Shown here one piece after another: positions 56,966 to 64,000 of a stretch of 64,000 nucleotides of DNA. Source of the stretch: Candidatus Woesearchaeota archaeon (GTDB taxonomy: Archaea; Nanobdellota; Nanobdellia; Woesearchaeales; UBA583). The DNA lies in NCBI GenBank assembly GCA_965205335.1, contig OZ242164.1, positions 384,001 through 448,000 of the forward strand. The letters are read 5' to 3'. Under the pieces are notes generated by a model that saw only the letters and a program-made list of their open reading frames with translations, searched no databases and had not been told where the DNA came from. The translations under genes and the position numbers were made by a program. Numbering within the stretch: position 1 is the stretch's first letter; each line of letters begins with the position of its first letter.

Positions 56966-58765
56966 ATGACACAAACAACACCAATGCAGGAGCGTGAACA
57001 CTGAAGCGATATTATGTATAGCAGTGGGATAACTCCCGTTCCTATCTTTGATGAGAACTATTGGGTTAAGTCTCAGTTCACAGATAAGGAATATCAGACG
57101 TCTTTAAGTTCTTGCACTTGCCCAGATAATAAGACAGGATACGTTTGCAAACACATTTTATTACTTAAAGGACATTTGAATGATAATAACAAGAAGTGTT
57201 TAAAATGTGGGTCTGAGAACGTTGTTAAGAATGGACTAAAGAAAGGCAAGTATGGAGTTAAACAAACGTATAAGTGTAAGAGTTGTAATAGTAAGTTTGT
57301 AGATAATGATATTTCAGAATACAAGGCGAATATGAAAGTAATTATTAAGTGTATGGACTTGTATTTTAAAGGTGAATCATACCGAAGTATAGTTAATACT
57401 TTAAAGCAGTTTCACAATATTAAAGTAAATCCTGATACAATTATGAAATGGGTTAAGAAGTACACCATAGTAATTGATACTTATTTAAGTAACTTTAAAC
57501 CTGTTGTATCTGATACTTGGCATACTGACGAACAGTTTATTAAAGTTAAAGGTAATCAGAAGTATATATGGAACTGTATGGACAACAAGACTAAGTTTTT
57601 ACTTGCTTCTAATGTAACTAATCAACGTTCAACAAAAGACGCTCTAAAACTATTTAAGATGGCTAAGAGTACAGCAGGGAAGAAGGCTCAAACAGTAATC
57701 ACAGACGGAAGTTTTAGTTATTCAAAGAGTGTTAAAAAGGAGTTTGCAACTTATAAGAATAAGAAACCACACTATCGTTATGTTAGTTTGAAACAAAAGA
57801 ATAGTAACAATAACATCATAGAACGTTATCACGGAACACATAAAGACCGTACTAAATCAATGCGTGGAATGAAATCTCTTAAAGGAGTTCAAACTTACAA
57901 TATAGGATTTAAGAATTACTATAACTTTGTCAAATCTCATATGGGTTTAAATGGATTAACTCCTGCACAAGCAAGCGGTTTAAATGTTCCTGCAAATTGG
58001 GAAAATATTTTGAAGAAATATAATCTATCTGAACCCTCTTTGCAACAAAAAACAAAATTTCCAATTCCTAACGCTCCTTGGAGTGACGATGATATAAACA
58101 TATTAATTGAATTATATAACGAAAATGATAGGAATATATTGAAAGTGAAAGCAATGATAAGAGAGAATTCAGAAATATCACAACAACTCTTTGGAAGAAG
58201 CAAGGATGCAGTTTTAGCGAAGTTAAATAGTTTAATAAATGAAAAATCGGATTCTTTGCCAAGAGGTTATGAAATTGATTCTAGAGGAGTATCTTCTTAC
58301 CCAGAAAAAGTTGAAAGATGGTTTTCTGAAATCTACAATTATTCTCTTGTGCATAATGAACCTAGAATCTTAGATATATTTCCAGTGATTAGTTATTATT
58401 ATCCATATAAACATCCTGTAACAGAAGATAGTTGTTATATTTTACTCGTACCGCTTATGTTTAGAGGATATGATTTAGATAAGTATAAGTCCTTTGAACA
58501 GTTTATAATTTCAAGATTGTTTTCCAAATTAATAGATCGTAATTCAAATGAGTTAATTCCTCCTGATGGGATTTTAGAAATGAAAAAACCTAAAGAATTC
58601 CATTTCTTTCCTTCAATTTCAAAAGGTTCATCTTTAGTTGGATTATATGTTAGAAAAAAATTTAGTTTAAATGAAAATATGGACACATTTGAATTTCCAG
58701 AGGAAATTGAATTTGAAGACGGGAAGAAGAAAATTTTTAATTATTGGATATTTCATGAGGACTAA
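56966..58765 (+). mobile_element. IS6-like DDE transposase (SWIM, Zn-ribbon, HTH, DDE) fused to Myb-like plus unknown C-terminal domains; TGA at 57002 interrupts the likely true N-terminus (intact ORF 57014-58765)
   Basis: CTCPD...CKHI, CLKCGS...YKCKSC, WHTDEQF, VITDG, NNIIERYHGT, YYNFVKSH.GL.G.TPAQASG; then PWSDDDINILIELY...GRSKDAV. Confidence 0.85.
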
Positions 58766-58796
58766 AATGCTCATATACTGAAAATAGATGTGAGAC

Positions 58797-60623
58797 TTAA
58801 CTCTTCTTATCCTTTTTTTTCACATCCAACTTAATCCCTAAATCCTTTAACTGATTTTCATTATGAACACTAGAAGGGGACTTTGTCAGAGGATCAAACC
58901 CATGCTTATTTCTAGGAAAAGCAATCACATCCCTAATAGATGACTTACCCTCCAAAATTGATATAATCCTATCAAGCCCAAGAGCACAGCCTCTATGTGA
59001 AGGAGCCCCATAATTATACGCCCGAACAAACCATCCGAAATTCTCCTCTATCTTCTCCTTCGAAAACCCAACCAACTCAAACATTTTGCTTTGAAGATCA
59101 GGAAGATGAATCCTCTTAGCCCCACTTCCTATCTCAACCCCATTATAAACAAGATCATAACAATCCGACTTCAATGATAAAAGTCTCTCCTTCTCTCTCT
59201 CAATATCAGAAACCTTAACACCTAATAAATAATCAACATCCTCATCCTTACACATTGTAAAAGGATTATGCTCAAAATCCAAACTATCTGTCTCCTCATT
59301 CCAATGAAAAGGAGGAAAATCAACAATCCAAGTTAAAATATGCTTATCTTTCTTAATAAAATCAAACCTCTCAGCTAAATGCCTTCTTAACAAATCAAGA
59401 ATCTTATTTGCATTTGCCTTTGAATCCGAAATAAAAAACAATAAATCGCCTGCTTTCGCATTAAACCTCTCTCTGATTTTACTTAGTTCCTCCTCCTTAA
59501 AAAATTTGCAAATAGAACCATCAAGACCTAATTTCTCAACTTTCATCCATGCAAGCCCCTTTGCACCAAGCTCCTTTTGAGAAAACTCAATTAACTTATC
59601 AATCTTCTTTCTTCCAAGAAGACTCTGCCCCCCATTCAACCTTAAACCCTTAACTATTCCGCCATTTCTAACATTATTAGAAAAAACTCCAAACCCACAA
59701 TCCAAACAAATATCAGAAATATCAACCAAAGAATCCAGAGTTATCCTAAAATCAGGCTTATCACAGCCATACTTGCTCATTACCTCATCATACGTCATTA
59801 CCCCTACTTCTTCCTTAATCTCAACGCCATAAACACTCTTAAAAGACTTTATAAGAACCTTGTTTATAAACTCAAACAACTCCTCTCGTGAAATAAAAGA
59901 TGCTTCCATATCAAGTTGTTTAAACTCATACTGCCTATCCTTTCTTAAATCCTCATCCCTAAAACATGTTGGAAGTTGATAATACTTCTCAACCCCTCCT
60001 ATCATTAAAATCTGCTTAAACATCTGAGGGGCTTGAGGCAATGCAAAAAACTTTCCGTGATGCTTTCTTGACGGAACTATAAAATCTCTTGCCCCCTCAG
60101 GTGATGATGCGCTAAGAATTGGAGTATCAATCTCAAGATACCCTTCCTCATCAAAATTATCCCTTATTGCCTTATATAACTTTGACCTGTTCTTTAAAAT
60201 ATTATACATGCTTGGTCTTCTCAAATCAAGATACCTGTACTCAAGCCTTATATCCTCATTCACATCCTTAAACGTCTCATCATCCAACTCAAAAGGCAGA
60301 ACATCACACTTATTAACCAAACTAAAAGACTTAACCAAAACCTCAATCTCACCCGTATTTAACTTTTCATTTTTCGTACCATCAGGTCTTGGACGAACAA
60401 CCCCACTGACTTCAATTAAATATTCCCTTCTAAACGAATCCACTTCTTTGAAATTCTCTGTCACATCTGGATCAAACACAATCTGGGTCAAACCTTCTCT
60501 ATCCTTCAAATCTATAAACTTCTTTCCACCATGGTTGCGAACCCTCTGAGCCCAGCCAATAAGTTCCACATCTGCCTTATCATCTTTAATCATTAATTCA
60601 TTACATGTATGAGTACGCATCAT
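58797..60623 (-). CDS. aspS: Aspartyl-tRNA synthetase, bacterial type with GAD insert
   Basis: RTHTCNEL, RLEYRYLDLRR, SPEGARDF, ALPQAPQMFKQ, CFRDEDLR, GAKGLAW (GAD), IRDVIAFP; about 600 aa. Confidence 0.95.
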   Translation of the reverse strand: MMRTHTCNELMIKDDKADVELIGWAQRVRNHGGKKFIDLKDREGLTQIVFDPDVTENFKEVDSFRREYLIEVSGVVRPRPDGTKNEKLNTGEIEVLVKSFSLVNKCDVLPFELDDETFKDVNEDIRLEYRYLDLRRPSMYNILKNRSKLYKAIRDNFDEEGYLEIDTPILSASSPEGARDFIVPSRKHHGKFFALPQAPQMFKQILMIGGVEKYYQLPTCFRDEDLRKDRQYEFKQLDMEASFISREELFEFINKVLIKSFKSVYGVEIKEEVGVMTYDEVMSKYGCDKPDFRITLDSLVDISDICLDCGFGVFSNNVRNGGIVKGLRLNGGQSLLGRKKIDKLIEFSQKELGAKGLAWMKVEKLGLDGSICKFFKEEELSKIRERFNAKAGDLLFFISDSKANANKILDLLRRHLAERFDFIKKDKHILTWIVDFPPFHWNEETDSLDFEHNPFTMCKDEDVDYLLGVKVSDIEREKERLLSLKSDCYDLVYNGVEIGSGAKRIHLPDLQSKMFELVGFSKEKIEENFGWFVRAYNYGAPSHRGCALGLDRIISILEGKSSIRDVIAFPRNKHGFDPLTKSPSSVHNENQLKDLGIKLDVKKKDKKS

Positions 60624-60675
60624 TCTCTTATAACAACCGATAAACTATATCCTTTTATAAATATTTGTGGTAATT

Positions 60676-60803
60676 GGCTCTGTCCGAAAATTCAAGAGAA
60701 CTTAAAATGTTATATAAATAAAGCAATTTTTGACAAATATTTTTTTTCTTTGATTGAATATAGTTAGCATAAATTTTGGAAAAAACAATTTTCGGACAGA
60801 GCC
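60676..60803. mobile_element. 128-bp MITE with perfect 17-bp TIRs and 8-bp TSD
   Basis: GGCTCTGTCCGAAAATT (60676-60692) and AATTTTCGGACAGAGCC (60787-60803), flanked by TGGTAATT at 60668-60675 and 60804-60811. Confidence 0.92.
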
Positions 60804-60872
60804 TGGTAATTAGTTCTATAACAGAACCACAGAATAGAAATCTTTTTAAATAGAAAAATTTGGAAGTAACGT

Positions 60873-61352
60873 ATGGCAAATTTTAGCGAAACACCACTTA
60901 TGGAGATTATACTTCGCAGATACGAAAATCCTAAGGGATTATCCGAGCGCAACTCCATAAAAAAAATATGTTTATCACTTGGTCTGCTACAACCAGGAGA
61001 CTCCCGTGACGTTATTGTTGATATTCTAATGGTTTTAGAAAGAGCCAAAAAAGATAAAAAAGAACTTAGCATCATCGAAATAAAAGATGAACTGCTTGAA
61101 ATCAGAAGAAACGGCGGGCTTTCCTTAAACGGAACTGCGGACTCTAATATAAGAAGACAAATCAAAAGACTAAGAGGCGTTTTCCTTGTTGAAAAAATCA
61201 AAAATAAATACAGAATACTTGAATTTATGAGTTTATCAGACATTTTTGAGCAAAAAATTAAAAAAATTATTCTCGATGCAATATTAAAAAGAAGTGAAGA
61301 GTATTTAAAATACTACAAAAAATTTGAGTCAAGAGGAAGAAAAAATGGATAA
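60873..61352 (+). CDS. Conserved DPANN winged-helix protein
   Basis: EIILRRYENP...CLSLGLLQPGDSRDVIVDIL...ADSNIRRQIKRLR...LVEK. Confidence 0.75.
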   Translation: MANFSETPLMEIILRRYENPKGLSERNSIKKICLSLGLLQPGDSRDVIVDILMVLERAKKDKKELSIIEIKDELLEIRRNGGLSLNGTADSNIRRQIKRLRGVFLVEKIKNKYRILEFMSLSDIFEQKIKKIILDAILKRSEEYLKYYKKFESRGRKNG

Positions 61353-62226
61353 AAGCAAAATATTTATTGGTGTTTTATTATTAATAGGGCTGGTTTTCGC
61401 AGGATGTTCACACAATCAAGAAGTAAGAACCAGTGGAATTCCAAGTATAGGAAGAGCCTCATCTAGCAGTAATAGTGGAGTAGTTTTAGAATTTGGAGAA
61501 GCTATGAACAATATACAGCCTCAGAAAGGACAACCATTTAGCATGATACTAAACATGAAAAACTACCAGAGACACGAAATTGACAATCTGGAAATTAGGG
61601 TCTTTGGATTTGACACTGGCTATTTAAATTCTCAATTAGATAGAGATGAGAGTTTAGGACCTGCAACAGATAGCGGTCATGTAATCAAAGCCTTGATTTA
61701 TGAGAATGTTGTTTTAGATGGATTTGAAGGGGATTATAGTTGGAATCCTGTATTCAAGTACTGTTATGAGGCAAAAACTCAGTTCAGAGAACAATTATGT
61801 ATCCCAAACAAATTAGGACAAAAATGTGAAAATGAAGTGGGTTCAAACATTTTTTCAAACGGACCTTTGGGAGTGAAAATAGAATCAGTATTCCCAATTG
61901 GTGAAAGTGAGATAGGAATCGAGATTATGGTCTCAGACATCCTGTCAGGAAACGTTGTAAACGAATGCTTTGAAGACACAAACATAAATCCTTTTGGAAG
62001 CCTAAGCAATCCTCCTGCTGTAAGTTTAGGTTCTCAAGATGGTGACTGCATCCCAACTTCATCCGACGACTACGTTATCACAAACGACATTTTAAAATAC
62101 AGATGCACCTTTTCAAGAAATTCAGATGAGCCATATACCTCACAAATCACAGTTAGAATGGATTACACCTACCAACAGGAAATAAGAAAGAAAATTGTAA
62201 TACGTGACTTAGAATATGGCAGATAA
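61345..62226 (+). CDS. DPANN-type lipoprotein
   Basis: Lipobox VFAGC; YCYEAKT...LCI, SNGPLGV, MDYTY. Paralog of 50358-51344. Confidence 0.75.
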   Translation: MDKSKIFIGVLLLIGLVFAGCSHNQEVRTSGIPSIGRASSSSNSGVVLEFGEAMNNIQPQKGQPFSMILNMKNYQRHEIDNLEIRVFGFDTGYLNSQLDRDESLGPATDSGHVIKALIYENVVLDGFEGDYSWNPVFKYCYEAKTQFREQLCIPNKLGQKCENEVGSNIFSNGPLGVKIESVFPIGESEIGIEIMVSDILSGNVVNECFEDTNINPFGSLSNPPAVSLGSQDGDCIPTSSDDYVITNDILKYRCTFSRNSDEPYTSQITVRMDYTYQQEIRKKIVIRDLEYGR

Positions 62227-62565
62227 ATGAGAATCAATAAAAATAGAATAATAGGACTTGTGGAAACTATTGTTTTGGAAAACAATAAAGAATTCAAAGC
62301 AAAAATAGATACAGGAGCTGACTCAAGTTCTATTGACTCAAACCTTTTAAAAAACCTAAGTGAAAAAAAAGTAGAATCATACAAAACAGTAAAATCTGCA
62401 TTAGGCAAGTCACAAAGACCAACAATCAGACTAGAATTTAACTTTCATGGCGTCTCTTTCTCTGAAAGATTCACAATATCAGACAGAAGCAACCTAAGAT
62501 ATAAAATATTAATCGGAAAGGATATTCTAAGAAAGGGCAACTTTCTAATAAACCCAAACAAATAA
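62227..62565 (+). CDS. RimK-associated retropepsin-like protease
   Basis: IIGLVE, AKIDTGADSSSID, QRP, FTISDRS.L.YKILIGKDIL. Confidence 0.85.
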   Translation: MRINKNRIIGLVETIVLENNKEFKAKIDTGADSSSIDSNLLKNLSEKKVESYKTVKSALGKSQRPTIRLEFNFHGVSFSERFTISDRSNLRYKILIGKDILRKGNFLINPNK

Positions 62566-62805
62566 ATTTCTAAACATTACTAATCTGCTCTCTTCTCCTC
62601 ATTGAATTTTACTTCTAATGCAAACTTATAGTACATCTAAGACTTAATCCCAAATAACTTCTAAGTCATCATTTTAGAAACTCTCAAGTTATTTGGCAAA
62701 TTAAAGAGATTGCTAAGTATTTTGAAAGTTTGTAGACAACATTATTTTAACGAAAAAGAGTACATCTCTTTCTTTATTGAAGGAGTTTTAGAGTAAACAA
62801 TGGTT

Positions 62806-63444
62806 TTATTTCTCTGCAACACATTCAACAAAATAAGATTTAATAAGCCCTTCTTCCATCGTTAAATGTTTTGATGAAGTATTTCTTAGTTTAATTATAC
62901 TAAATTTATTCATTAGATTCTGTAAATACTCCCTAGAGAATAAATGATATTCCTTTCCTTCGTAAACATAAAAATCATTTTCAACTTTATCTCCTTTTTG
63001 ACATAGCAGGTCCTTTGTGGATTTACACTTTATAAAAATATATCCTCCTTTTTTTAGTAATTTGTGTAAATTATCAAAGATCATTATTGTTTCTTTATTT
63101 TTAAAATAGTGTAAGCTTAAATTTGCATAAATAATATCAAAACTGTTATCTTCAAAATCGATTTGTTTGATATCTTTGACTATTGGTGTTATGTTTTTCA
63201 GATTTATTTTTTTAAAGCGTTCATGAAGCATAGTTATAGCACTTTCTGAGAAATCAATGGCCGTCACATGAAAACCTCTTTTGGCAAAGTAAATTGAATC
63301 TTTCCCATCACCACATCCCAAATCTAATACTGTTTTAAATTCTTTTTCTTTGATTATTTTAAAGCTTTTTTTAGCAAAATTGGTTGTAGAAGTTTTATTT
63401 TGAATTTCACTCCATTTTTTATTCCAAAAATTTTTTTTCTCCAT
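62806..63444 (-). CDS. Class I SAM-dependent methyltransferase
   Basis: VLDLGCGDGK, VTAIDFS, FDIIYANLSLHYF, LLKKGG. Confidence 0.92.
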   Translation of the reverse strand: MEKKNFWNKKWSEIQNKTSTTNFAKKSFKIIKEKEFKTVLDLGCGDGKDSIYFAKRGFHVTAIDFSESAITMLHERFKKINLKNITPIVKDIKQIDFEDNSFDIIYANLSLHYFKNKETIMIFDNLHKLLKKGGYIFIKCKSTKDLLCQKGDKVENDFYVYEGKEYHLFSREYLQNLMNKFSIIKLRNTSSKHLTMEEGLIKSYFVECVAEK

Positions 63445-63581
63445 AAATTACTTTGATAGATAAAATATTTATAAATTTTCTTAGTTTTTTATAAAAGTTA
63501 TAATAAAAGTCCTAAAACTGCTGTTAACTTACCAGCCCAAATTTCCAATAAATTTAAAAACTATAATTCAGAGAATATCTT

Positions 63582-64000
63582 ATGATTAACTTAAGAACAT
63601 ATGGATTAAACCACATCTACTATGATGAGAACATAGACAACTTTTCAAACGTAGCCGTAGGACTTACCATAAGAGCCCTAGGACATGGACTAAAAATTGC
63701 ATACATTGACTGTTCAAACACTGCAAGCAAATTCACAAACTTCTTGGAAAACCTATCACTCTCAAGATCATTTATAAAAAAATTTGACAGATTTCTAATT
63801 GATATATACAGATTCAAATCAGACCAAATAATGTCAAAAGCAATTCTTCCATTAGTAGAATTTACAAACATCCCCCACCGTATGTTCTGGAAAGAAATTA
63901 ACTCATATGACTTAGTAGTATTTGACAAATGTAATTTTAGCTGCATCCCTAAACTCAAAATAATTAACCTTCTCAATAACAAACCCAAAAATACAGAAAT
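63582..64000 (+). CDS. CobA/BtuR (cob(I)alamin adenosyltransferase)-like protein with degenerate P-loop; runs off the window end
   Basis: Not in the ORF track: MINLRTYGLNHIYYDENIDNFSNVAVGLTIRALGHGLKIAYID...YDLVVFDK...LLNNKPKNTE. Confidence 0.7.
   Translation, partial: MINLRTYGLNHIYYDENIDNFSNVAVGLTIRALGHGLKIAYIDCSNTASKFTNFLENLSLSRSFIKKFDRFLIDIYRFKSDQIMSKAILPLVEFTNIPHRMFWKEINSYDLVVFDKCNFSCIPKLKIINLLNNKPKNTE

Noticed and set aside
2557-57004. TGA recoding (Trp, Gly or Sec) suggested by in-frame TGAs at 2557 and 57002
   Set aside because: Conserved genes use TGG for Trp, and TGA terminates bud32 and dph2-C at their expected ends. Both interrupted genes are toxin or mobile genes prone to inactivation.
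55212-60828. Composite transposon bounded by GGTTCTGTT (55212) and AACAGAACC (60820-60828)
   Set aside because: It is only a 9-10 bp match, no TSD was seen, and it would enclose aspS, which has host-like composition.
60655-60879. 74-aa minus-strand ORF
   Set aside because: It spans the MITE and promoter region, so it is most likely spurious.
62566-62805. Possible nuclease remnant (FALEVKF) on the minus strand
   Set aside because: Too short and stop-riddled to support.

Overview
This is an AT-rich chromosomal segment of a DPANN archaeon, probably Woesearchaeota/Nanoarchaeota-like. That assignment rests on archaeal SRP54, PolD DP2, Bud32, Dph2, an S-layer protein, class III signal peptides, a BHB tRNA intron and TATA boxes about 22-26 nt upstream of starts. 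The window holds three tRNAs, housekeeping genes, two tandem giant cadherin-repeat surface proteins, toxin-antitoxin-like pairs, an IS6-like DDE transposase with a divergent AbrB regulator, and MITEs. Several enzymes are bacterial-type (GSII, FadD, AroG-type DAHP synthase, AspS). Highlights: (1) an unannotated Phe/Trp/Tyr-rich leader peptide upstream of DAHP synthase, suggesting ribosome-mediated attenuation in an archaeon; (2) a metallophosphoesterase-like protein ending in a hard-coded bacterial SsrA/tmRNA-like tag (ANDENY...AA); (3) a cluster of split essential genes: DNA ligase in two halves about 37 kb apart, DP2, AlaRS and Dph2; (4) a relic of the ligase 3' end marking the duplication that created the second cadherin giant. 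All calls come from reading motifs by eye; no searches were run.
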